Assembly (NCBI GenBank): GCA_964511645.1
Contig: CAZEGV010000002.1
Coordinates: forward strand, 2,689 to 66,688
Length of the DNA: 64,000 nucleotides
Reading direction: 5' to 3'
DNA from: an uncultured Cytophagales bacterium
GTDB taxonomy: Bacteria > Bacteroidota > Bacteroidia > Cytophagales > JAAEPT01
This document shows, one piece after another, positions 49,201 to 57,959 of the stretch (position 1 is its first letter; each line of letters opens with the position of its first letter). The position numbers and the translations under genes were made by a program. Below the pieces are notes generated by a model. That model did not search any database. It worked only from the letters and a program-made list of their open reading frames with translations, and was not told the origin of the DNA.

Positions 49201-49779
49201 TTAAAAAGTTCCTTCTGCAGTTAATAAATTTTCTATCACTTCTGGGAAGTGTTTGAATTCTAAATCATGAATTTTATTTGCCAAATCATCTGCGGTATCA
49301 GTAGGTAATAGCTCACATTTGGCTTGAAAAATAATTTGCCCCTCGTCATAGGCTTCATTTACATAGTGAATTGTGATGCCTGACTCAGTTTCTTTGTTGG
49401 CAACTATGGCGTTATGAACCTTCATCCCATACATACCTCTACCTCCATAGTTTGGTAATAATGCTGGGTGAATATTAATGACTTTGTTCGGAAAGGCTTG
49501 AATGATATTATGAGGAAATAACCAAAGGAACCCTGCTAAAACAATATAATCAATTTTATGTTCTTTTATGATTTCTAAAATTTCATCTGAATGATAAAAA
49601 TTCTTTCTATCAAAAAAATAAGCTGGGATTTCTAGCTCTTTGGCTCTCTCTAGCACATAAGCTTTAGGGGTATTTGCCAAAATAAGTGAAACTTCGGCAA
49701 GCTCTTTCTCTTCAAAATATTCTGCAATATTTTGAGCATTTGACCCTGACCCTGAGGCAAATATGGCAATTCTCTTCAT
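49201..49779 (-). CDS. purN: Phosphoribosylglycinamide formyltransferase
   Basis: IAIFASGSGSN, INIHPALLP, and D near the C-terminus. Confidence 0.9.
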   Translation of the reverse strand: MKRIAIFASGSGSNAQNIAEYFEEKELAEVSLILANTPKAYVLERAKELEIPAYFFDRKNFYHSDEILEIIKEHKIDYIVLAGFLWLFPHNIIQAFPNKVINIHPALLPNYGGRGMYGMKVHNAIVANKETESGITIHYVNEAYDEGQIIFQAKCELLPTDTADDLANKIHDLEFKHFPEVIENLLTAEGTF

Positions 49780-50439
49780 CTATGCTAATTCTGCTAAAAT
49801 CGTTTGTCCACCTTTGGTGATTTTGCCTAACTCAACTACAACCTTAGCATCTAATGGTATGTAAATATCAATACGAGATCCGAATTTAATAAAGCCAAAT
49901 TCTTCACTTTGTTCTACTTTGTCTCCTTCTTCTACGTACCAGCAAATTCTTCTTGCCAAGAACCCTGCAATTTGTCTGTATAATATTTGCACACCTTTAT
50001 CACTTTCTACAACAACCGTTGTCCGTTCATTTTCGGTACTTGATTTAGGGTTAAATGCCATCAAAAACTTTCCAGGGTGATATTTGAAATATTTAACTAC
50101 TCCAGAAATTGGATTTAAGTTATTGTGTACGTTGAGTGGGGACATGAAAACTGAAATTTGCTTACACTTTTTGTTCAGAAATTCAGCTTCTTCTACTTCT
50201 TCTATTACTACAACCTTTCCATCACAAGGACACATCACAAGGTTGTCCCCTTTGGTTAATTCTTTGTTTGGAATACGGAAAAAATTCAAGAAAATAAGGA
50301 AAAAGAACCATGATACTCCAATAATAAGGAATTGAGCAATTTGATTATCAGGAAAGAAATAAAATGCTCCGTAAGTAGCAGCAAGTACCAAAGCCAATGT
50401 TTTTAATAGAAATTTATGCCCTTCTTTGTGTAATGTCAT
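49780..50439 (-). CDS. psd: Phosphatidylserine decarboxylase proenzyme (short form)
   Basis: Two N-terminal TM helices and a FGSR self-cleavage-site region; sits next to cdsA. Confidence 0.8.
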   Translation of the reverse strand: MTLHKEGHKFLLKTLALVLAATYGAFYFFPDNQIAQFLIIGVSWFFFLIFLNFFRIPNKELTKGDNLVMCPCDGKVVVIEEVEEAEFLNKKCKQISVFMSPLNVHNNLNPISGVVKYFKYHPGKFLMAFNPKSSTENERTTVVVESDKGVQILYRQIAGFLARRICWYVEEGDKVEQSEEFGFIKFGSRIDIYIPLDAKVVVELGKITKGGQTILAELA

Positions 50440-50496
50440 GATAAGTTAAAGTTTGTTTTTCAATAAGATGTGCAAGATACAGATAATAATTTAAAA

Positions 50497-51351
50497 CTAG
50501 ATGTGAATGACTTCTAAGTAGACATAAGCTACTGGAGCAATTAACAATAAACTATCTGAGCGATCCAAAAAACCTCCGTGACCAGGGATGATTGATCCTG
50601 AGTCTTTTATGTTTAAACTTCTTTTTAATAGGGATTCAAATAAATCGCCATATACACCTGCCACCGAAACAATAAAGGCAAAAATTACCCATTCTAAATA
50701 TGACAATTCAGGATTAACCCACGCCGATAATAATGCAAAGCCTATTGTAAACAACAACCCCCCTATAGCCCCTTCCCAGCTTTTATTAGGCGAAATTCTT
50801 TTGAATAAAGGTGTTTTCCCGAATAACTTACCAAATGCATAAGCCCCTGTATCATTTGCCCAAATCATAAAGAGTAACGACATCAAAATATAATAATGAT
50901 AACCTTTGGCACGAGCTACCTCTGTTGCCAAATTATCGCTAAACACAACCTCGTGCAACAGCATAAAAGGAAGTGAAATATAAATAATCCCAAATAAGGT
51001 AACCGAAATGTTCCTAAAAGGCTGTTCTTTTTTTCGGTACAACTCCATCATAAAAATCACCAAGACAAAAGGAATATTCATTAAAAATACCCGTGTGTCT
51101 ACATAATCGTTTTTATACAAAAACATCCCTACAATATTCCAAGTACTTAAAAGTACTCCCATCCACACATTAGGGTCTAGTTGTCTAGCTTTCTTAAATA
51201 AAGAATAAAACTCTAATAAAATCATTGTAGCAATGAGTAAAAAAACTCCAGCGTAAGCCCATTTACTATAATAGATAGCAGAGATAACTCCCGCAGCACC
51301 CAAAGAGCCTGCAAGTAGTCGTTGCTGAAGATTACTTAAGTTGTTAGCCAT
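50497..51351 (-). CDS. cdsA: Phosphatidate cytidylyltransferase
   Basis: SPNKSWEG and PGHGG.LDR.DS signature. Confidence 0.88.
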   Translation of the reverse strand: MANNLSNLQQRLLAGSLGAAGVISAIYYSKWAYAGVFLLIATMILLEFYSLFKKARQLDPNVWMGVLLSTWNIVGMFLYKNDYVDTRVFLMNIPFVLVIFMMELYRKKEQPFRNISVTLFGIIYISLPFMLLHEVVFSDNLATEVARAKGYHYYILMSLLFMIWANDTGAYAFGKLFGKTPLFKRISPNKSWEGAIGGLLFTIGFALLSAWVNPELSYLEWVIFAFIVSVAGVYGDLFESLLKRSLNIKDSGSIIPGHGGFLDRSDSLLLIAPVAYVYLEVIHI

Positions 51352-51436
51352 TTATATATAAAAGTGTTAATTCGTTTAAAGCGTTCACAATATACACGAT
51401 TATTAAATATAAGAACATGTTTTCAAGAATAATAAA

Positions 51437-52372
51437 TCAAATATTTTCTTCTAACTCAGGCTTCTCTACTGATTGCAAACAGGTTCTTATAAAGACATAA
51501 GCCAAGCCTCCAAAAATCATAGTTGAAACTATAATATAACCAATAGACGGATGGTCAAGTGTTTGGGCTTCATCTGGTAAAAATGAAAATGCCATTACAA
51601 TGATGAAATTATTAATGAAGTGAGCGATGACAGGAATGTAAAATTTACCCGAATAAAAATATAGGTAACCAAAAAAAGCCCCCATTACCACACGAGGGAA
51701 AAATCCAAAAAAAGAAAAATGGATAAGACTAAAGATGACTCCAGCAGACCAAATGGCTAAATGAGGATTTTTAAATAACTTTATTAAAGAGTTTTGAATG
51801 ATTCCTCTAAAAACGATTTCTTCGGCTATAGCAGGTACTACTGCCATAAACAAGGTTAACAAAATAGTATTAAAAAATGTATTGTGATTACTTCCTAGAT
51901 AGCTAAACATCTCATTATAAGCTTGCTCTTTTTCTAAAGCAGCTATCCTGAATGATTCCCAGCTATTGGGTAGGATAATGTTATTGTTCCAATCAGCGAT
52001 GATACTAATTAAAGGAAGAATAGCAAACATTAACATTATAGAGAGAAAAACAAGGAACTCAACTGGTACTTTATTTTTTTTGCTCAACTGAAAAGGTATC
52101 CGTTCACCATATTTTTTAAAAAACAATAAAGTAGGTAACAATAAGCCACAGATAAGAAAAAAAGCATTAAATGCCAGTATTCGTGGCATATACTGTGGGT
52201 AATCCGAAAGATTATTCATTACCTTTTGTAGCAAATCATTACTACCGTTAAATAGGATTAAGCCTAGCACAGAGCTAGCCAATAAGCCAAAGATTAAACC
52301 TATAAGGGAGTAAATTGCATAGCGTGCTAAAGTCTCTCGAGCAGAAAGCTTAGAATTATTCAAATTATTCAT
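51437..52372 (-). CDS. CPBP-family intramembrane glutamic endopeptidase
   Basis: EE..FRG (AEEIVFRG), a downstream H-containing helix (FSLIH) and HFINN. Confidence 0.75.
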   Translation of the reverse strand: MNNLNNSKLSARETLARYAIYSLIGLIFGLLASSVLGLILFNGSNDLLQKVMNNLSDYPQYMPRILAFNAFFLICGLLLPTLLFFKKYGERIPFQLSKKNKVPVEFLVFLSIMLMFAILPLISIIADWNNNIILPNSWESFRIAALEKEQAYNEMFSYLGSNHNTFFNTILLTLFMAVVPAIAEEIVFRGIIQNSLIKLFKNPHLAIWSAGVIFSLIHFSFFGFFPRVVMGAFFGYLYFYSGKFYIPVIAHFINNFIIVMAFSFLPDEAQTLDHPSIGYIIVSTMIFGGLAYVFIRTCLQSVEKPELEENI

Positions 52373-52429
52373 CTAAATTTGTCGTTCAGTTTATTGATAG
52401 AAAAAATACTATCCAGACAAAGATAACAA

Positions 52430-53410
52430 ATGAGTGTTAAAATTGGCAATATTGATTTAGGAGAGTTTCCACTATTACTTGCTCCAATGGAAGATGTAAG
52501 TGATCCACCTTTTAGGGCTGTATGCAAAGCAAATGGTGCGGACATGATGTATACCGAATTTATCTCTTCGGAAGGGTTGATTAGAGACGCTCGAAAAAGT
52601 CGTCAGAAACTTGATATTTATGAAGATGAGAGACCTATTGGGATTCAAATATTTGGAGACAAAATAGACTCTATGCGTGAAGCGGCATCTATTGCTGAGC
52701 AAGCTAACCCAGAATTGATAGACATAAACTACGGTTGCCCTGTAAAGAAAGTGGCTTGTAAAGGAGCTGGAGCAGGGATTCTTAGAGATGTTCCCAAAAT
52801 GGAACAAATGACCCGAGAAATTGTAAAACAAGTAGATCTTCCTGTTACTGTCAAAACCCGACTCGGCTGGGATAGCGATACCGTGCAGATTGTAGAAGTC
52901 GCTTTAAGACTGCAAGATGCAGGAATCAAAGCTTTGAGTATACATGGTAGAACAAGGATGCAGATGTACAAAGGGGAAGCCGATTGGACAGAAATTGCCG
53001 CAGTCAAAAACCATCCTGATATAGAAATTCCGATTTTTGGGAACGGTGATATTGATTCACCCGAAAAAGCATTGTTATACAAAGAAAAATACAATGTAGA
53101 CGGCATTATGATTGGAAGAGCCGCCATTGGTTATCCTTGGATTTTTAATGAAATCAAACACTACCTTGCTACAGGAGAGCAACTCCCCAAACCCACAGTA
53201 AATGAACGTATTATTGCCTGTGAGCAACACCTCAACTTCTCTCTTAGTTGGAAAGGAGAGCGGCAAGGAGTCTTAGAAATGAGGAGACATTACACCAATT
53301 ATTTTAAAGGAATGACAAATTTTAAACCATTCAGGACTCGATTGGTAGAGACATTAGAACCTAACGAAATTAAGCAAATTTTGACCGAAGTAAAAGGATA
53401 TTATAGTTGA
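52430..53410 (+). CDS. dusB: tRNA-dihydrouridine synthase
   Basis: LAPMEDV.D..FR, INYGCP.KKV and HGRT motifs. Confidence 0.85.
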   Translation: MSVKIGNIDLGEFPLLLAPMEDVSDPPFRAVCKANGADMMYTEFISSEGLIRDARKSRQKLDIYEDERPIGIQIFGDKIDSMREAASIAEQANPELIDINYGCPVKKVACKGAGAGILRDVPKMEQMTREIVKQVDLPVTVKTRLGWDSDTVQIVEVALRLQDAGIKALSIHGRTRMQMYKGEADWTEIAAVKNHPDIEIPIFGNGDIDSPEKALLYKEKYNVDGIMIGRAAIGYPWIFNEIKHYLATGEQLPKPTVNERIIACEQHLNFSLSWKGERQGVLEMRRHYTNYFKGMTNFKPFRTRLVETLEPNEIKQILTEVKGYYS

Positions 53411-53691
53411 TGAACCCAATTAAAATAAGCGATCGAGCGCTAACCGAAATCAAAAATATTTTTGACACCAAAGGCATTCCATCTGATTATTGCCTCAGAA
53501 TTACCGTAAAAGGTAGTGGATGTGCCGGAATTAATCACGCTATTGGTTTTGATAAACTTGGAGACAATGACGAACAATACGACTATGATGGATTGAAAGT
53601 AATCATCAACAAAAAAGACTTTATGCACCTTATTGGTGTTTCTGTGGACTTTACAGAAAGTAATGATGTCACGGGATTTGTTTTTAGTTAA
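53407..53691 (+). CDS. HesB/IscA-like protein lacking the C-terminal Cys-Gly-Cys motif
   Basis: LRITVKGSGCAG core and ...DVTGFVF near the end, but the ORF stops where family members continue with NPNA...CGCG.SF. Confidence 0.6.
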   Translation: MMNPIKISDRALTEIKNIFDTKGIPSDYCLRITVKGSGCAGINHAIGFDKLGDNDEQYDYDGLKVIINKKDFMHLIGVSVDFTESNDVTGFVFS

Positions 53692-53699
53692 ATTGTGGG

Positions 53700-53884
53700 A
53701 GCTTCCCTATCGTTTCACTCTCGTGGCTATTTCGCCCCAACGGTCGGGTCATTCGTTCCCAATCTTTGTTGTTTTTATGATTCTCCCATACTGAGCCTGT
53801 TAGTATCAGCATGAGCTTGCCGAAGATAAAATGAACTTTATCCGTAAAAAAACAACAAAGGATTTCCACTGCTACCCCTAAGCC
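53700..53884 (-). repeat. Structured interspersed repeat, copy C (inverted orientation, expanded apex)
   Basis: The reverse complement carries the same ordered blocks. Hairpin arms 53761-53780 / 53845-53864; closing helix GGCTT/AAGCT. Confidence 0.75.
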
Positions 53885-53960
53885 ATTTCTCGATTGAGTC
53901 AAATATAATTGTTAATACACCTTTTCTTGTCTATCTTGTTATTATATAAACCTCTTTATT

Positions 53961-54926
53961 ATGCGAACGATTTTATTTATTAGTCTAATTATTTGTAGCA
54001 GTTTACTCATTGTTACTGAAACGATTTATCCAATTGAAGGAAGTTTACTTAAAATCATATTAGCGATAAGTACTTTGCTTTCAGGAGTATTGATGTTTAT
54101 TTTCTCAGCATTAAACTTAGAGGAATTCAAAAATAGGTTAGCTAACCTAAATAAAGATTTTGTTAAAAATGACAAAGCCCTAAAAATTCAAATAGAAAAA
54201 TCTGAGCAGATTGATGAAACGCTAGCCAAATATGAGCAAGTAAAATTAGAGTTTGAAGTCAGTAAAAAAAGTGTTTTAACCCTAGAACAAGAAAAACAAA
54301 ACATACAGCTCAACCTCAATGTACTCAAGCAAGAAGGAGGTGAAAACAATATCCAGACTCAAAGCCTAAAGCAAGAATTGAGTCAAGCACAAAGTAATAA
54401 TAATGAACTAAGTATTGAGAATAATGAACTTAAACGCAATGTGCTAAATCTTGAAATGAAACTAGCACAAAGCATCAATATCCGCCCAGTTAAAAAAGCT
54501 GAGTCGACTATTGCTACTACTGATTTTCAGTTCAACAATAAAGAAGAATGTTTACAAGTATTGGCTGATAAGAAGTGGAATGAAGTACATCAATACGAGT
54601 GCTCTAAATGTGAAAACACTAACTATAATGCCCTTAATCACCTAAATTCTCGAAAATGTACCCGTTGTAACCATATAGAGTCTGCAATGGCACGCACGAT
54701 ATTTACAGGAGTAAGATTCCCCTTAGAAAAAGCATTTCACATTACTCAATTGGTATTTGATGAGCCTAAAATTCCGATTGAAAAATTAATTAAAGAAACT
54801 GAGTTGAGTAAAAACACTTGCTGGAAGTTTAAAAAGAAAATAATTAAACAAATAAGTGCTTACCAAAAGAAAAACAAACTAAAAGCCAATAAATGGGAAG
54901 ATATTATATACCCTAGTTTTATTTAA
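53961..54926 (+). CDS. Membrane-anchored coiled-coil protein with an IS1595-type transposase Zn-ribbon/HTH module and no DDE domain
   Basis: Two N-terminal TM helices and a Q/E/N/L-rich coiled coil. C-terminus reads ECSKCE...RKCTRCNH.ESAMARTIFTGVRFPLEKAFHITQLVF...LSKNTCWKFKKKI, resembling IS1595 N-termini (CP.CG...C..C...FS...GTIF...KLPL.KWF.AI.L...). Confidence 0.6.
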   Translation: MRTILFISLIICSSLLIVTETIYPIEGSLLKIILAISTLLSGVLMFIFSALNLEEFKNRLANLNKDFVKNDKALKIQIEKSEQIDETLAKYEQVKLEFEVSKKSVLTLEQEKQNIQLNLNVLKQEGGENNIQTQSLKQELSQAQSNNNELSIENNELKRNVLNLEMKLAQSINIRPVKKAESTIATTDFQFNNKEECLQVLADKKWNEVHQYECSKCENTNYNALNHLNSRKCTRCNHIESAMARTIFTGVRFPLEKAFHITQLVFDEPKIPIEKLIKETELSKNTCWKFKKKIIKQISAYQKKNKLKANKWEDIIYPSFI

Positions 54927-54959
54927 AGGCTTACTTTGTTCAAGTAGAGGATTTTCTCC

Positions 54960-56006
54960 TTAGTGGGTAATTACTATTTTCTTGCGTATTACTTCTGTGT
55001 TTAGCTTTATCTGAAAAACATAAACACCCGACTTTAAAAGCCTTGTATCAAATACTGTGTGCACATTTGTAATACTTTTAGAGTGCATTACCTTTCCTGT
55101 AACATCTATAACGCTTAGCAAGCTACTACTTTCGGTAGCTACTTGAGGTAAATCAATAAATAATGAGACCTTAGCAGGATTTGGATATATATTGATTTCG
55201 GATTTCGTTATATCAACCGCTATTACTTTTGATTTGGTGCTTGTGCCATCATAATCGTATTGTACCAATCGATAATAAGATACTCCATCCTCTGGATTAT
55301 AATCTAGAAGATTATAATGTAATAGCTCATTACTAGTACCCGCACCAGTAAGTGCCTCAATAGCAATAAACTCGTTACTAGCATTTGCTTTTTCGATTAT
55401 AAAATAGCTGTTGTTTGTTTCCGAAACCGTTGTCCACGACAATTGAGTCGCATTACTCTCATTAGAATAAACTCCTGAGAAGGAGAGTAGCTCGATGGGT
55501 AAGCCTACTCCAAAGGCAACTTTAATAGGACCGCAAGGACCAGCAGAAAAAACACTTCCCCCATTTATAAAGTTTAAAGCAGTATTACCTGCCGCACAAA
55601 TGACATTATCTACTATTCCTGTAATGTTTGACTGCACAGTTAGTGACCCCATCGCTGAGAAATCTAAAATTCCTCCGCTTACATTCCAGCTACCAGTAGT
55701 GTTATTAAATGCAGCAGCTCCACCACCTACAACTTTCAATGTTCCCCCCGACATATTCAATGTTTCTCCATTAGTAAGAATCGCCACACTAGAAATAGTA
55801 AGCTCACCAGCGGTAAGAGTCATTGTCCCCGCATAAAAAAGAGGTAAAACAACAGACATTCCACCATGAGAAACAGTTACGTTATCATTAACGCCAATAG
55901 TTGCTGGTGGCACGATGTCCCAAGTACCTACTCCCGTAGAAGTATAAGTAGCTCCGTAGCTAAAACTAAATGCTAGTAAAATAGAAATAAATAAAATCTG
56001 TTTCAT
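54960..56006 (-). CDS. T9SS-secreted protein with Gly/Thr-rich beta-helix-like passenger
   Basis: Signal peptide, repeated GG.L.V.GG-type segments, and a C-terminal CTD (INIYPNPA....GVYVFQI). Confidence 0.65.
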   Translation of the reverse strand: MKQILFISILLAFSFSYGATYTSTGVGTWDIVPPATIGVNDNVTVSHGGMSVVLPLFYAGTMTLTAGELTISSVAILTNGETLNMSGGTLKVVGGGAAAFNNTTGSWNVSGGILDFSAMGSLTVQSNITGIVDNVICAAGNTALNFINGGSVFSAGPCGPIKVAFGVGLPIELLSFSGVYSNESNATQLSWTTVSETNNSYFIIEKANASNEFIAIEALTGAGTSNELLHYNLLDYNPEDGVSYYRLVQYDYDGTSTKSKVIAVDITKSEINIYPNPAKVSLFIDLPQVATESSSLLSVIDVTGKVMHSKSITNVHTVFDTRLLKSGVYVFQIKLNTEVIRKKIVITH

Positions 56007-56107
56007 AACAATGTTAATTTACTGATACATAGGACAATATATAAAAAATGAGCAGTATAAAAAATAAAAACGAGAAATAATTAGATTAATACAATATTTT
56101 GTTAGCC

Positions 56108-56881
56108 TTAGTGAGGCTTAGCTAAAAAAACTGTTCCAACTTTTTTGGTTTTCAAAATATCGAGTATTACCTCTTTTTGCTTACCATTAGCTATATGTAC
56201 CACAATGCCTTTTTCTGTGACTCTTTTTGCTGTATCAAATTTTGATTGCATTCCGCCTCTCCCTCCTGAGGATTTATCTTTTTGGATAAACTGTGTATAC
56301 CGCTCATTTCCAAAAGGGATTTCAGTAATTACCTTTGAGCCGTCCTCTTCGGGATTACCATCGTATACCCCTGCCACATTAGATAGTATGATAAGTTTGT
56401 CTGCTTCTATCATAAATGCCATCAAGCCTGCTAGCTCATCATTATCGGTAAACATTAATTCCGACAAAGAAACAACATCATTTTCGTTTACGATAGGTAC
56501 AATGCCTTCTTTCAAAAGACCTTGTAAACAAGACTTCATGTTTTTGTAATGCTCTTTGCTAGATGAGAAATCATTTTTCGTAGCTAATACTTGAGCACAA
56601 GTAATCTTGTGATCCGCAAAATATTTTGCGTAGGTACTTATTAGCTTTGCCTGACCTACTGCTGAGTATATTTGCCTTTGAGCAATATCTTCGGTGGTAT
56701 TAGCTAATTTCACAAGTGTTTTTCCTGCTCCTACAGCTCCAGAAGAAACCAAAACAACTTGCGTTCCGCTAGCTTGTATTTCTGCTATTTGTTGTGCCAA
56801 TTGATAGATTACGTCTGTATCTAAGGCTCCGTTTTGAGTCGTTAAAACATTTGTTCCAACTTTTACAACAATTTTCTTCAT
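56108..56881 (-). CDS. proB: Glutamate 5-kinase (short form, no PUA domain)
   Basis: VVKVGTNVLT, VSSGAVGAG, PIVNENDVV...FTDNDELA. Clearly the ProB pattern rather than the ArgB (K.GG) pattern. Confidence 0.8.
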   Translation of the reverse strand: MKKIVVKVGTNVLTTQNGALDTDVIYQLAQQIAEIQASGTQVVLVSSGAVGAGKTLVKLANTTEDIAQRQIYSAVGQAKLISTYAKYFADHKITCAQVLATKNDFSSSKEHYKNMKSCLQGLLKEGIVPIVNENDVVSLSELMFTDNDELAGLMAFMIEADKLIILSNVAGVYDGNPEEDGSKVITEIPFGNERYTQFIQKDKSSGGRGGMQSKFDTAKRVTEKGIVVHIANGKQKEVILDILKTKKVGTVFLAKPH

Positions 56882-56884
56882 TTC

Positions 56885-57844
56885 TTAAAAAGCTGATGGT
56901 TTTAACCTTAATCCTGTATCTTCAGCTAAGCCAAAAATTAAATTTAGATTTTGAACTGCTTGCCCAGAAGCACCTTTTACTAAGTTATCAATCATTGTAA
57001 TGACATGTAGCTTATTACCAAATTTTTGTAAATAAACTAAACCATTATTGGTATTTACCACTTGTTTGAGACTCGGATTTTCATCTACTACATGTACGAA
57101 TGGATGCCCAGCGTAGTATGCCTTATATAATTCAGTCGCTTTTGTTAATGATAATTCTGTTTGCAAATAAGTAGAGGCAATAATTCCTCTTGTAAAGTCG
57201 CCTCTAAAAGGCACAAAGTTAATCTCCTGATTAAAATTGCTTTGTAATTGTTTGACACTTTGAGTGATTTCTTCTAAGTGCTGATGTTCAAAAGCTTTAT
57301 AGATAGACATATTACCATTTCTCCAACTAAAGTGAGAGGTGTTTGTAGGCTTTTGCCCAGCTCCAGTAGATCCTGTAATCGCCGTAACGTGTAATTCTGA
57401 TAATTTATTAGCTTTAGCTAAAGGCAATAAGCCAATTTGTATACAAGTAGCAAAACAACCTGGGTTAGCAATGTGCTGAGCTTTCTTAATGTCAGATTTA
57501 TTCAATTCGGGTAAACCATAAACGAAGTTGTTTCCAGCTCTTTTATGTCTATAGTCTGTACTGAGGTCTATCACCTTAACAGAAAGAAATTCGGGGTTTT
57601 TGTCTAAAAATTTAGTGGCATCTCCATGACCCAAACACATGATTAATACATCTATATTTGTATTTAACTCACCTGTGAATACTAAATCGGTATAACCAAT
57701 TAAGTCTTTATGTACTGCGTGGATAGGATTCCCTGCATTACTATTACTATGTACAAACTGGATATCAGCTTCTGGATGACCTACTAATATTCTTAATAAT
57801 TCACCTCCAGTATATCCTGCTCCTCCTATTATTCCAATTTTCAT
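56885..57844 (-). CDS. argC: N-acetyl-gamma-glutamyl-phosphate reductase
   Basis: GGAGYTGGELLR and active-site ANPGCFAT. Confidence 0.9.
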   Translation of the reverse strand: MKIGIIGGAGYTGGELLRILVGHPEADIQFVHSNSNAGNPIHAVHKDLIGYTDLVFTGELNTNIDVLIMCLGHGDATKFLDKNPEFLSVKVIDLSTDYRHKRAGNNFVYGLPELNKSDIKKAQHIANPGCFATCIQIGLLPLAKANKLSELHVTAITGSTGAGQKPTNTSHFSWRNGNMSIYKAFEHQHLEEITQSVKQLQSNFNQEINFVPFRGDFTRGIIASTYLQTELSLTKATELYKAYYAGHPFVHVVDENPSLKQVVNTNNGLVYLQKFGNKLHVITMIDNLVKGASGQAVQNLNLIFGLAEDTGLRLKPSAF

Positions 57845-57959
57845 TACTTTGTTTTAATTAAAAATGAATAATTTAAACCATTTTTTTTACTTAAAAAAAC
57901 TTTCTGCTATCAGTACCTTCCTCTAGGAAGAAACTTGTAAGTAATCTTCAGAAATATTA

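Noticed and set aside
53684-53902. 72-aa minus-strand ORF covering repeat copy C
   Set aside because: Same reasoning as above. Its sequence is dictated by the repeat, and no equivalent ORF is open in copies A and B.
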